Assembly (NCBI GenBank): GCA_046314355.1
Contig: JBKBWQ010000001.1
Span: 192,001-256,000, forward strand
DNA from: Candidatus Altimarinota bacterium
GTDB lineage: Bacteria; Patescibacteriota; Gracilibacteria; 1-14-2-50-48-13
Reading direction: 5' to 3'
Length of the DNA: 64,000 bases
This document shows, piece by piece, positions 1-10,066 of the stretch. The number at the start of each line of letters is the position of its first letter. Position 1 is the stretch's first letter. Position numbers and translations under genes: made by a program. The notes beneath the pieces were generated by a model. It worked only from the letters and a program-made list of their open reading frames with translations. It was not told the DNA's origin and made no database searches.

Positions 1-1
1 A

Positions 2-2284
2 AAAGGCGCTGCTCCTCAGTTTGAAAAGATTGTTGCTGCCACTGAAGATTATGTAGAACTCTCCCCATCAGGTAAGAGAATACCATTGCATGTATTTGCT
101 CAATACTTGATAGATCCTGAGTATGGGACTATATCAGGGAAAGACGTAAAAATAGAGTATATATATGACGGACAGTCAGATCCTATTGATTCTTTTGATA
201 AACTTGCAAGTAAACTTGGAGTCACTAACGGAGCAAAGTCTCCTATCCGTCCTGGTGCAAAAGTAATCGTGAAAAATGAAGAGAATCAGACCAATGAAGT
301 CGCAGATGAGATTCTGTCTATTGATAAAAGTGGGAATACAATAACTTTAAAGTATGGCGGGCGTATGAGTTATGAGGAGTTTTACCTTCACTACTCTATG
401 CACAACTGGAAAATTTTCGAAGATATTGAAGAATTTAACCGGATTGAGGGCGTCTCACCAAAGACAAAAGAAAAAGGCGGTTGGGCATCCATTAGTACAG
501 TCTATAATGCTATCGTAGATAAGATCAAAGAATTTACAGATGATTTTAAGAAAAAAGATAAAATTAAAAAACTTGAGGCAAAGGTTCATTTCTTGAAGGA
601 AGATACAGGACTGTGGAAAGCTGCGAATAAGGAGCTTGGCGGTGAAGAGACAAAGGCTGTGGATGAAAGAATAGATGAACTAAAAGCAGATTTTCCAAAA
701 GGAGGAGAAAAAAGAAAAGGTTTGTTGGCTTTCATGAAAAATCCTCCTGACATGAATACCTTTAAAGGTCGTGTAGAGATCAAAGCATGGCTTGAGCTTA
801 CATTAAAAACCTTTGGTACTCTTTATCCTATTGATGAGAAGGATACAAAAGCTGGGTTTACTCACTTTGAAAAAAATCGTTTTTGGATTGGTATATTTTC
901 TACGTTTGGTTTCCACCAGGAATTTAATGGAGAAACCTATTATGCACAGCCTACAAGAGCCTTAGATGATGCCGCAAAGAAGGACGGTCCTGTGGATGCA
1001 CGTGTAGAGTACAATACTCTATTCCAAATGCTGACGCGGAATGAAAATGCCAATAGAGTACTCAAAGGTGCATTTGGAGGTGGCTACGCAGGTAAAATAG
1101 GTGGTCTTAAGAAAGAAGGTGACGGAAATATTGAGACAGGTAAGGCTGACGCGCTCAAGGCGACAAGAAATACTACTGAAGTATATAAGGTTGTATCAGA
1201 GACTATTCAGAATCAGGAATGGGCAGGACTTATCACTGTGTTTGATAAGCTTGCTCAGAAAGGATACTCTCCAGAGCAAATGTTTAACCTCTTTCTTTAT
1301 CTATTTGATAAGGTTCACTATGTTGAAAATAATGAACATATGTCAAAGATACCATTTGACGTGCTTCAGAATGTAGGAAAAAAGATTGGTGGTGCCTATC
1401 CAGTTCCATTCTTTGGAATGTTTACCAACACCACCAACTTTAGATTCTTTTCCAACATGATCTACAATAATCCTATCATTAAGGATAGATTTAAGTGGAC
1501 AAAGGACTCTTGGAAAATGGCTGAAGCCGGCGGGTTTAAAGTACCGGCAAATAATGCATCCCGCGACCTGTATAAGTTCTTTATGATGAGAGATAATGAA
1601 TACGATCTCTTACGAGGATTCTCTGAAGATGGTAAAAAAGATGAAGAGAAAAACTTCAAACCTGGAGAGGCGCAGTTTGCGGAGTATAGAAAGATTATCA
1701 ATGGTGTAGTCGCCAATGCAAGATATGATACAGGCAACTTAGATATTGATAAAAATAACTGGGCACAGTCTCCGCTGCTTATGCTTTCTGAAGGATTTGG
1801 TAAGATTGTTACCTCTCATCCTATGGAAGAGGGAGAATGGCAGAAAGATCCTGCGAAGCTTTTCTTTGATGCAATGCTCAAAGAGTACGGAAAGATTAGA
1901 GGTCTCTCTTCTGATAGGCTTCCTGAGAAGGATAAGGAGGCGATTAGAAAAAAGATAGCGGAGCATCTTTGGTCTACATTCTGGTATAAATTTAAATGGA
2001 ATGAAGATTCTCGAACGGCAGCATCAAGACAAGGTATCCGCGTGCGGGATCTGAACCGTGATAAATTTATTAAAGAGTATGGTAAAAAGCTGAAAGATCT
2101 CGGACTTGATTACGATGACTGTATGAAACTTACAGGTAATGAGGATGAGAAAAAAGGATTAATTAATCATCCTGATGATGGATATCCATTTGCTCCAGCA
2201 AATGAAAATCAGTCATACTACAACAATAATGCAAGTGATGTAGATAATCTCCTCAAATATCGTTATACAGGTCCTACACCTTAG
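2..2284 (+). CDS. Large hypothetical protein, 5'-truncated by the window edge
   Basis: Frame is open from position 2 (the track start at TTG 86 is internal); >760 codons, Lys/Glu-rich, no family motif recognised. Confidence 0.8.
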   Translation, partial: KGAAPQFEKIVAATEDYVELSPSGKRIPLHVFAQYLIDPEYGTISGKDVKIEYIYDGQSDPIDSFDKLASKLGVTNGAKSPIRPGAKVIVKNEENQTNEVADEILSIDKSGNTITLKYGGRMSYEEFYLHYSMHNWKIFEDIEEFNRIEGVSPKTKEKGGWASISTVYNAIVDKIKEFTDDFKKKDKIKKLEAKVHFLKEDTGLWKAANKELGGEETKAVDERIDELKADFPKGGEKRKGLLAFMKNPPDMNTFKGRVEIKAWLELTLKTFGTLYPIDEKDTKAGFTHFEKNRFWIGIFSTFGFHQEFNGETYYAQPTRALDDAAKKDGPVDARVEYNTLFQMLTRNENANRVLKGAFGGGYAGKIGGLKKEGDGNIETGKADALKATRNTTEVYKVVSETIQNQEWAGLITVFDKLAQKGYSPEQMFNLFLYLFDKVHYVENNEHMSKIPFDVLQNVGKKIGGAYPVPFFGMFTNTTNFRFFSNMIYNNPIIKDRFKWTKDSWKMAEAGGFKVPANNASRDLYKFFMMRDNEYDLLRGFSEDGKKDEEKNFKPGEAQFAEYRKIINGVVANARYDTGNLDIDKNNWAQSPLLMLSEGFGKIVTSHPMEEGEWQKDPAKLFFDAMLKEYGKIRGLSSDRLPEKDKEAIRKKIAEHLWSTFWYKFKWNEDSRTAASRQGIRVRDLNRDKFIKEYGKKLKDLGLDYDDCMKLTGNEDEKKGLINHPDDGYPFAPANENQSYYNNNASDVDNLLKYRYTGPTP

Positions 2285-3338
2285 TTGTAAGAAGGTTGGT
2301 AATATCTTGTACTGCGGAGGATGATACATTTAAAGGAGCTTTTGCAGACAAAAGCTCCTTTAAAGTTTTAAGCAGGGCTTTCATTTCTAGGTCCTTTTCC
2401 TCCACCATCCTCCCCATCTCCGGATACATCTTCATGAACTCCTCCGCATTGTCATACTGATCTCCTCGTGACTGCGCACGCGTCAAAGGGATCATGAGTA
2501 CTGGTTTCTGCAGATATATGAACTCAGCCAATGCTGTAGATCCTGCACGGCTTATGACTATATTTGTTAGAGCAAAAATGTCCTTCATCTCATCACCCGC
2601 AAATTCAATCTGTACATAACGTTTTTCTACCTCGGATTCCAATGAAACAGGGAAGCTTTTTCCTTTTCCTACAAGATGAAGAATATTGTACTGAGAGAGG
2701 ATTTCTGCCGCATTTTTTTTGATAAAATCATTAATGCTCCCAGCTCCTAGGCTGCCGCCAACCACCAAAATAACTGGCAGTTTATTTTTCTCCAAGCCAG
2801 TAAAATTATATCCATTCTCCTTACTTCCATCCTTTAATTCCTCTCTTACAGGTATGCCGGTAAGTACCGCATTCTTCCCTGGAAAGAGAGAAAGAGTCTT
2901 TTTCCACGACACGCAGATTGTAGATGCAAACTTGCTTGATATCCGTGTGGTGAGTCCTGGATAGACATCTGATTCATGAATGATCACTTGTTTCTGCAGT
3001 ATTTTTGCTGCAATTACCACGGGGAGACTCACATAACCTCCCTTTGAAAATACTACATCGGGAGAGAGTTTTATGATCAGAAAAATGCTTTGAAATATTC
3101 CAAAAAGTACTTTAAAGACATCGGCAATATTCTGCAGGCTAAAATATCGTCTCAGCTTTCCGGCTTGTATTGCATAGAAGGGAACTCCTTCCTTAGATAT
3201 AAGTTCCTTTTCCATGCTGTGATTTTCACCTATATAGCTTAAGCGGATCTTCTGATGATCCTTCTTAAGCTTCCTGAGGAGGGCTATATTGGGAAATATG
3301 TGGCCGCCCGACCCGCCTCCTGTTAATAAAATATGCAT
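2274..3338 (-). CDS. murG: Undecaprenyl-PP-MurNAc-pentapeptide GlcNAc transferase MurG
   Basis: TGGGSGGHIFP, SKGGYVSLP, HESD, GGSLGA, SRAGSTALAE and Q-YDNA motifs; downstream of ftsW. Confidence 0.97.
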   Translation of the reverse strand: MHILLTGGGSGGHIFPNIALLRKLKKDHQKIRLSYIGENHSMEKELISKEGVPFYAIQAGKLRRYFSLQNIADVFKVLFGIFQSIFLIIKLSPDVVFSKGGYVSLPVVIAAKILQKQVIIHESDVYPGLTTRISSKFASTICVSWKKTLSLFPGKNAVLTGIPVREELKDGSKENGYNFTGLEKNKLPVILVVGGSLGAGSINDFIKKNAAEILSQYNILHLVGKGKSFPVSLESEVEKRYVQIEFAGDEMKDIFALTNIVISRAGSTALAEFIYLQKPVLMIPLTRAQSRGDQYDNAEEFMKMYPEMGRMVEEKDLEMKALLKTLKELLSAKAPLNVSSSAVQDITNLLTTKV

Positions 3339-4464
3339 GTTCTACCGTGGTGTAACGAGATATATTGAGAAGTATGCCTGTAGCTGTGATATTCATGATA
3401 AGAGACGATCCTCCCATGGATATAAACGGCAGGGTAATTCCTGTAAGAGGAAAGATCTTGGTGGCTACTGCTATATTTACAAATGCCTGCCAGATAATCC
3501 AGAAGGTTATACCGATGGCCGTATACCGTGCAAATTTATCAGGAGCATTCTGAGCGATAAGCATTCCTCTCCAGCCGATGGCTAGAAAGAGAAGAATAAG
3601 AGCAAGGGATCCTCTGAATCCTGTCTCTTCAGCTATGGCAGAGAAAATGGTGTCACTCTCCACTTCCGGAAGATATCCCCATTTCTGAATTGAGTTATTG
3701 ATACCTCTGCCCATAAAGCCGCCGCTGCCTATTGCAATGAGACTTTGCTGGATTTGCCAACCTACATTTTTATTTGAAGGGTCAATAGAAGGATCCATAA
3801 AGTCTTTGATACGGTCCTGCACATGTTTAAATGAAAAGGCAGCAAACATGAATACAAGTACTCCGATGAGAGCCATCATCAGAAGATGCTTGAGTCTTCC
3901 TCCTGCAGCAAAAAACATGACTACGAGGGTTGGGATAAGAACCAGGAATCCTCCAAAGTCCGGCTGTGCAGCGATAAGTATACCCACTACACCGGTAATA
4001 ATACAGAAGGGAATGAAGCCTGTATCAAGATTTTTCAGTTCATCCACCTTAGGCTCCAGCCAGCGTGCCAGATATATAATAGTCGATAGTTTTACAAACT
4101 CGATCGGCTGTATTGAAGGAATATTTGCACCAAAGTTCAGCCATCCTGTCGCTCCATTCAGACTTACACCAAATGAAGTAAAGAGGAGAAGCATTAGAAC
4201 AATTCCCAGAATATATAATATTGGGGAAAATCTTTTCCAGAATGTATACTTGATGTTACTCACAACAGCCCAAATAAACAGACCGCCGACTACAAGGTAT
4301 ACTTGTTTAAGTGCATAGGTATTGATCATCTCGTCCTCTATCTTCTTGATACTAGAAACAAAGCTGAACACACTTACGCTATAGACCATGATAAGGCCAA
4401 AAACTATAAGAAGGAAAACAAGGATGAGAAGGAGGTAATCAATAGAGTGTTTCTTCTGTTGCAC
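3265..4464 (-). CDS. ftsW: SEDS peptidoglycan polymerase FtsW
   Basis: Multi-TM; IQPIEFVK, QPDFG, YLPEVESDTIF, TGITLPFISMGGSS motifs; adjacent to murG. Confidence 0.93.
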   Translation of the reverse strand: MQQKKHSIDYLLLILVFLLIVFGLIMVYSVSVFSFVSSIKKIEDEMINTYALKQVYLVVGGLFIWAVVSNIKYTFWKRFSPILYILGIVLMLLLFTSFGVSLNGATGWLNFGANIPSIQPIEFVKLSTIIYLARWLEPKVDELKNLDTGFIPFCIITGVVGILIAAQPDFGGFLVLIPTLVVMFFAAGGRLKHLLMMALIGVLVFMFAAFSFKHVQDRIKDFMDPSIDPSNKNVGWQIQQSLIAIGSGGFMGRGINNSIQKWGYLPEVESDTIFSAIAEETGFRGSLALILLFLAIGWRGMLIAQNAPDKFARYTAIGITFWIIWQAFVNIAVATKIFPLTGITLPFISMGGSSLIMNITATGILLNISRYTTVEHAYFINRRRVGRPHISQYSPPQEA

Positions 4465-4537
4465 AGGAAAAAGTGAAAAAAGTTATCATCATGATATTAA
4501 GGAAAAATAGAAAGTTTGAAAGGTAATTAAATAAGAA

Positions 4538-4570
4538 AATCATTAGGCTCAATCATTAGGCTCAATAACT
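4538..4570 (+). repeat. Left arm of inverted 13-bp repeat array flanking the four-helix-bundle gene
   Basis: Two exact AATCATTAGGCTC copies followed by AATAACT. Confidence 0.85.
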
Positions 4571-4647
4571 GTTAGTATTATTGAACAACAGATCTTTATT
4601 GATAAAGAATAATTATTATGGATAGTAAGATATTATAATAAGAGATT

Positions 4648-5028
4648 ATGACTGTAATTCTACTTAAGGATTTTAAACCATACCAAAATGCGCTTATTTT
4701 AAGTAGTAATGCTTGGAAGGTTTATAATAAGTTATCTACTCAATGTAAATTTCATCCAGGAGGACAATTTATTAGAAGTGTTGACTCTATTGGAGCAAAT
4801 ATTGCAGAAGGCTATGGACGATATCACTATTCGGATAAAAATAAATTTTACTACAATGCTATAGGATCTTTAACTGAAGTGTACTTTTGGCTTGATATAC
4901 TTAGAGATAGGGAATTTGTACTTATACCACAGTTATCTATTATTCAAGATCAGCTAAATGAACTTTTACACATATTAAATAAAATGATTTTAGATAATAA
5001 ATCATTAAAGAATTTTAACAGTAGATAA
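4648..5028 (+). CDS. Four helix bundle protein (TIGR02436 / 23S rRNA IVP-like)
   Basis: 126 aa with the QFIRSVDSIGANIAEGYGR...F..AIGSLTE signature; AT-rich and opposite in orientation to both neighbours. Confidence 0.92.
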   Translation: MTVILLKDFKPYQNALILSSNAWKVYNKLSTQCKFHPGGQFIRSVDSIGANIAEGYGRYHYSDKNKFYYNAIGSLTEVYFWLDILRDREFVLIPQLSIIQDQLNELLHILNKMILDNKSLKNFNSR

Positions 5029-5033
5029 TTATA

Positions 5034-5072
5034 AATAATTGAGCCCAATAATGTGCGCCCAATATTGAGCCC
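5034..5072 (-). repeat. Right arm (inverted) of the repeat array flanking the four-helix-bundle gene
   Basis: AATAATT-GAGCCC-AATAAT-GTGCGCCC-AATATT-GAGCCC, i.e. reverse-complement GGGCTC/GGGCGCAC units. Confidence 0.85.
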
Positions 5073-6554
5073 TTATTTCTTCAACACCCCATTATCCAGA
5101 TACCCCAACGGATCCACATGTTTTCCGTCCTGGAAGACTTCAAAATGCAAGTGTGCTCCTGTGGTCATCCATCCTGCTCCGGCTGTCCCAGGGGTACCTC
5201 CGGAGAGTCCTATGATGTCTCCACGTTTGACTAGATCACCTGCGGTTACTAGGATCTTGCTTACGTGACCGTAGAGAGTCATGACACCTCCATTGTGAGC
5301 AACCATGATATAGCTGTATCCAAGACCGCTGTCTTTTACCTTGGTTACATATCCGTCAGCTGGAGAATGGATCTCGCTTGCCTGAGGTGCAGGTATGTCT
5401 ATGGCGCTATGAGCGACTCCAAAGGTATTCACATAGCTTGAATCGTGGAAATATGCGGTTATACCTCTTAGCGGTGGAACCGGCCAATCAAGACCGAGTT
5501 TACCATTTGTACCTTCACCAAGCTGTGCAAGGATCTTTGCACGTTCTGCAATTTCTTCAGGTGAAAGAGAGCTGCTGGCAATATTTTTCTGAAAAGCCTC
5601 AAGTTTAGTTTCAATTTCCTTGATGCTTTCCTGCTGAAGGAGAACTTCTTTCTGGATCTCTTCCTGTAGTTTTCTGTTTTCTTCAACGAGAATCTCAAAA
5701 TTTTTCTGTTCACCCTGGGTTCTCTCTAAAAGCAGACGTTTACTTTCCTTCTGCTGACTTAGAGTCTGCTGAGCAATAGAGAAGGACTTTTGTAGTTCCG
5801 CTAGACGCACCTGATCGTTTGTAAGCTGTTTTTTTCTGATATTTAAAAGGAGATCTACGTCCTGCAGATCTGCTAGGATATCGCTTCCGCTTTTACGAAG
5901 GATGGTTGCATATTTATTTGCAGTTAAAATGTCATTTATACCATTTTGAGTCACAAAGTAGGACACATCATTTGAAATATTCTTTTCAGGTGCAAAATAA
6001 ACCTGATTCTGTTTATAGAGAAGTTCTACATAGGTAGTAACAATTCTATCCTGTTCCTTGCCTGCAATTTCCGTAAGATTAATTTTTTCATAATTTTCAG
6101 TAACATCCTGTTCTTTTTCTTGTATCTGTATCTGTGTATTCCGTATTTGAAGCTTTGTAAGTTCTATCTCGCTATCAAGAAGTGCAAGCTCATTTGTGAG
6201 GGAGACAATATTTTTCTTGAGACCTTCAATTTTCTGCTGATAATTATTGATATCAGCAGTTATTTGAGTAAGTTCTGATACCCGGGAATCAAGCTTATTC
6301 TTTTCGTTATCAAGCTCTGTCTGAGAATAGAAAAGTTTTGAATTCCAGTTCTTCAGTACTTGACTCTGACGTGCGTTCAAGCGGTTTACTAGATCTTTTA
6401 TCTCCTTCTCTGGATCTGTCTGTGCTGAAGTCACTGAGCCTTGAGCGTGAACTGGGAAAGATAGAGAAAAAATATCTGTCCAAAACAGGGAAAAAAGGAT
6501 CAGGCTCAGAGTCAAATATGTGAATTTCTTTTTCATGTCGGGTATTATAAACAT
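5073..6554 (-). CDS. Coiled-coil M23 family peptidase (peptidoglycan endopeptidase, EnvC/MepM-like architecture)
   Basis: Signal peptide, long coiled coil, C-terminal HSAID...YGH...HLHFEV M23 motifs; real start may be MKKK at 6536. Confidence 0.92.
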   Translation of the reverse strand: MFIIPDMKKKFTYLTLSLILFSLFWTDIFSLSFPVHAQGSVTSAQTDPEKEIKDLVNRLNARQSQVLKNWNSKLFYSQTELDNEKNKLDSRVSELTQITADINNYQQKIEGLKKNIVSLTNELALLDSEIELTKLQIRNTQIQIQEKEQDVTENYEKINLTEIAGKEQDRIVTTYVELLYKQNQVYFAPEKNISNDVSYFVTQNGINDILTANKYATILRKSGSDILADLQDVDLLLNIRKKQLTNDQVRLAELQKSFSIAQQTLSQQKESKRLLLERTQGEQKNFEILVEENRKLQEEIQKEVLLQQESIKEIETKLEAFQKNIASSSLSPEEIAERAKILAQLGEGTNGKLGLDWPVPPLRGITAYFHDSSYVNTFGVAHSAIDIPAPQASEIHSPADGYVTKVKDSGLGYSYIMVAHNGGVMTLYGHVSKILVTAGDLVKRGDIIGLSGGTPGTAGAGWMTTGAHLHFEVFQDGKHVDPLGYLDNGVLKK

Positions 6555-6626
6555 TCTTAATAGTATACTATAGTTGCATTTTTCTGTCAGGGCAGGGAAC
6601 TTGTCATTTGTCTAGATTGTGGTTTC

Positions 6627-8351
6627 CTATTTATCTTCCCCAAGCCTTTGAATCACAGTGATCTTCATAGGGTTAGGTGTCAGAATATTATTTGAAAGAT
6701 CCCGTATATTTGTAAGTTCCACTGTAAATTTTTCGTTTGGCTGTTTTGTTATGTTTTGCGTATAGATGGTGAGTTGTCTGTTCTCACATTTTATAAATCT
6801 TACCTTTGGACGGCTAGATGCTTCTACTACTACTGAATCTGTATCAAGTACTGTATAATTTTCGATATTAAGACAGTCTGATTCTAGAATAGGTTCATTA
6901 AATTGGAGTATTATTCTGTTTACATCAATAAACTCCTGATTTGTAATCCTTGGGGGGGTTGAATCATTTGTAAACTTAAGATGGAGATCCTGATCTGTCT
7001 TTAAGCTACCAGTAAAGTAGGCTGAATTTTCAGCGGTTCTAAAGTCCTGAGAAGTTATAATATGATCAACAGGTGTACTAACGCTAGCAGTATATGTTGT
7101 ATTCTCCACACCGCTCTGTTTAAATATATGGAGATTATAAGTATTGTCTGAGATTACATCTTGAGGGAGAGAGTATGCAAATTCAATGACAGAAGTTGTT
7201 TTGGGCTCTATCTCTAGTTTTTTGCCGAATACGGTGTATCCAAGTTCTTGGTATGGCTCAATATCGCTGCTATAACCAGGAAGTAGCGTAGAGCCCTTTG
7301 GAGCATATATACGCACATATCCTTTATAGACATGACTCAGTGGGGGATTATAGTCACCACTATGTCTAAAGACAAGTCTAACCTTTGCTTCAGGCTGCAG
7401 TTTAGAAGTAATATCTGTAGATTTCTTCAAATTAACGAAATATTCAAAAGATCTGCTGATATAACGGTCTGATTTCATGCCCCCAAGATTTGCTTCTACG
7501 ACACCAAAAATATCCCGCTTATTCTCAGATACAGGAAAATCTGCTGTCCATTTATATTTCTGGAATGATTTCTCAAGATTTTCATCGGTGAAATACAGAG
7601 AAATATCCTTTGAATCAAGATCATTTCCAAGCAGTGTAAAGATCTGAGGATATTTAGGAAGTGACGTAATGAGTTTCTTTGTAAAGGCAGGAGCTATAAT
7701 ACTTAAGATACTTTTTCTGTTCTGCAGCTGAGCAATATCATGCAGATCAATATTATTCTGTTCATACTGGATTGTATGAAATAAATTATCTTTACTTATA
7801 GATTTTCCATTTACATTTATGGGACCTATGATACCTAGAAGATCTTCAACAACAGAAAAATTAACAGCAATAATACCATCTATATTTTTATTTGGAAATT
7901 CTTCTTTATAGAATTCGAGAGTAGTTTTTGCAGATGTTTTGAGGTCTGGAATCCAGTTTGAGTCATGAAAACTATAACCTTTATAATATTTATTCTGGAG
8001 TAAGTCACCCATAGGATAAGGTGGTTCCTGAATTTTATCATCATTATACCCTTTCAAAGTAAATACATCTTTTATGAAAAAAGATGGAAAGAGACCGTTC
8101 TGTATGTGCAGTTCTCCATAAGCAGCAACAAAGCCTCCTCCAGGACGTAGCTCTGCATTATTCTGTAGGAGTACAAGATATGTTTTACTAAAAGGAAATC
8201 CGGAGAGTTGGAATGTATGAGGAAAAAACCGCACAAGCGTATGCATACTTACAATTACCCATGCTATAAAGGCAATAAGAATATAGAGTAATATTCGAAG
8301 TACTTTCAATACAATAGGTTTTATTTTAGTAGCAGTAAATTGCTGATTCAT
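6627..8351 (-). CDS. DUF4012-domain membrane-anchored protein with C-terminal Ig-like domain
   Basis: N-terminal TM; YLVLLQNNAELRPGGGF, DSNWIPD, IDGIIAVN and NLGGMKSD motifs typical of DUF4012. Confidence 0.8.
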   Translation of the reverse strand: MNQQFTATKIKPIVLKVLRILLYILIAFIAWVIVSMHTLVRFFPHTFQLSGFPFSKTYLVLLQNNAELRPGGGFVAAYGELHIQNGLFPSFFIKDVFTLKGYNDDKIQEPPYPMGDLLQNKYYKGYSFHDSNWIPDLKTSAKTTLEFYKEEFPNKNIDGIIAVNFSVVEDLLGIIGPINVNGKSISKDNLFHTIQYEQNNIDLHDIAQLQNRKSILSIIAPAFTKKLITSLPKYPQIFTLLGNDLDSKDISLYFTDENLEKSFQKYKWTADFPVSENKRDIFGVVEANLGGMKSDRYISRSFEYFVNLKKSTDITSKLQPEAKVRLVFRHSGDYNPPLSHVYKGYVRIYAPKGSTLLPGYSSDIEPYQELGYTVFGKKLEIEPKTTSVIEFAYSLPQDVISDNTYNLHIFKQSGVENTTYTASVSTPVDHIITSQDFRTAENSAYFTGSLKTDQDLHLKFTNDSTPPRITNQEFIDVNRIILQFNEPILESDCLNIENYTVLDTDSVVVEASSRPKVRFIKCENRQLTIYTQNITKQPNEKFTVELTNIRDLSNNILTPNPMKITVIQRLGEDK

Positions 8352-8373
8352 GAATGAACGAGGAGAAATAGAA

Positions 8374-9390
8374 TTACTCTAAATAGAGAGCTTTTGCTTT
8401 GTTATGCTCAGCTTCTGTACGGCTAAAGTGAATGATACCGTCATTGTCATGAAGATAATACCAATAGGCACTGTCTTTAGGATTAAGTGCTGCCTGGATA
8501 CTCAGCATTCCCGGGTTAGAGATAGGAGTGGGTGGTAGTCCTTTAACTCGTCTGGAATTATATGGATTATCTGACTGCAATTCTTTATATGTCAGGGGAG
8601 CCAGAGGATCATTTTTGATATATCTAGTAGTTGCATCTGCTGCAAGCTGTACACCGTTTTCAAGTCTCTTCCATAAAATACCTGATACGATTTCCTGATC
8701 ATCCCGTGGTGTTGATTCTTTCTCCAAGATAGACGCCATTTTTATAATCTCGTCTAAAGAATATTTGCTAGCTTCTATATCTTTTTTTATTCCACTGACG
8801 ACTCTGTCTTCAAAATTCTGAAGCATTAGACCTAGAAAGCTCTTAAGCGTAAATTTCGTTTGATCGAAAAAATAGGTATCAGGAAATAAATACCCTTCAA
8901 GAGAATCATTATCTGGTAGAAAAGAAAAATCACTTTTAAAATCACATCCTCCCTTGATACACTCATCGAACTCTGCCTTTGTGACAAGACCTTTTTTGAT
9001 GAGTACTGCACCTATATCATTTACACTATATCCTTCTGGTATAGTTATACGCACTCTTGTAGGTACCACTTCTCCTGTCAGTATTTTAAGAACCTCTGGA
9101 ATAGTAAGTGATGGAGTAATATAGAATGTTCCTGCAGCAATGTCTTTATCCTTATTCTGTTCTGCAGCATATCTTGAAAAGCTATCCTCATTTACCACGA
9201 GCTCTTGTACAAAGAGATCATGAGCTATCTTTTTGACTGATGATCCGCTGGAAACAGTGAATTCTTTTACAAGAGTGCTTCCTGCGATTGGTTTTTCAGT
9301 AATATGTTTTTTATATTCCTGTTCTTTATATGTATACCAGCCTACTCCGAGCAGAGTAAAAACGAGTATGATAATAATGAACTTTTTCAT
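8374..9390 (-). CDS. mltG: Endolytic transglycosylase MltG
   Basis: TIPEG, LEGYLFPDTY, ASILEKE, NPYNS..GLPPTPISNPG motifs. Confidence 0.96.
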   Translation of the reverse strand: MKKFIIIILVFTLLGVGWYTYKEQEYKKHITEKPIAGSTLVKEFTVSSGSSVKKIAHDLFVQELVVNEDSFSRYAAEQNKDKDIAAGTFYITPSLTIPEVLKILTGEVVPTRVRITIPEGYSVNDIGAVLIKKGLVTKAEFDECIKGGCDFKSDFSFLPDNDSLEGYLFPDTYFFDQTKFTLKSFLGLMLQNFEDRVVSGIKKDIEASKYSLDEIIKMASILEKESTPRDDQEIVSGILWKRLENGVQLAADATTRYIKNDPLAPLTYKELQSDNPYNSRRVKGLPPTPISNPGMLSIQAALNPKDSAYWYYLHDNDGIIHFSRTEAEHNKAKALYLE

Positions 9391-9411
9391 AAGCTATTAA
9401 GAGGGATAAAA

Positions 9412-9705
9412 TTATCCTATATTTGGAAGACCTAGTCCTCCCATAACATCTTTCATATTCTCTGCAGCAACTTGCTGAGCTTTTTTCATCGCTTTCTGCG
9501 TCGCTTCTTTGATAGAAGTTTCAGCTACTTTCTTACCCTGTGTCCATGCCTCATCTGATATCTGCATATCTATAATATTCATAGCTGCATCAATAGTAAC
9601 GGTACATCCGTTAACCTCTGATTCGATGTGTAGGTTTTCTAATTTACTTTGAATCTGTTTTGCCTGCTGCTGAAGTTTCATCAGCTGCTTTATATCTCCC
9701 ATCAT
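9412..9705 (-). CDS. YbaB/EbfC nucleoid-associated protein
   Basis: 97 aa, MKLQQQAKQIQSKL start and GGLGLP end typical of YbaB/EbfC. Confidence 0.85.
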   Translation of the reverse strand: MMGDIKQLMKLQQQAKQIQSKLENLHIESEVNGCTVTIDAAMNIIDMQISDEAWTQGKKVAETSIKEATQKAMKKAQQVAAENMKDVMGGLGLPNIG

Positions 9706-9787
9706 AATTTCTAAACATAAATGTTAAAGCTCCCACATATTACGGGAGAAAAAGAAAGAGTAAAGAGGAAGGAGGGGGATAGTTGGA

Positions 9788-9915
9788 GAGTAAATGGTAA
9801 TTAAGCAGTTAAGGGCTCGTTATTGGGCTCAATAATTAGGCGCTAATAATTGAACTCAATAATTGCAGCCCAATTACCGAGCCCCAATTACTTAATGACT
9901 CTCTTACTCAATTAC
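9788..9915. repeat. Self-inverted 13-14 bp unit array (gene-less copy)
   Basis: GGGCTCG, GGGCTC, AGGCGCT | GAACTC | GCAGCCC, GAGCCCC cores separated by AATWATT-like spacers; between divergent ybaB and rplY. Confidence 0.88.
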
Positions 9916-10066
9916 TTTTTTACTTTCTATCCATTTTCTCCCTCACTTCTTTTAAAAAACTATTGCAAAAACGAATTTCTAGAGTATCTTTGTAGAGCAT
10001 ATTTAAAGAAGGGCGCTCAATATATAAAAATTAACGGTATTACTTTTCTAACATTTACACACACGG

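Noticed and set aside
3265-3338. 74-bp ftsW/murG overlap as an unusual feature
   Set aside because: A short out-of-frame tail overlap in an operon; both proteins look complete
3698-4318. 206-aa ORF antisense to ftsW and similar antisense ORFs throughout the track
   Set aside because: Antisense shadows of well-supported genes with no recognisable motifs
4648-5028. Four-helix-bundle gene as Avd of a diversity-generating retroelement, or as a 23S rRNA intervening sequence
   Set aside because: No reverse transcriptase, TR/VR pair or rRNA sequence seen in the window
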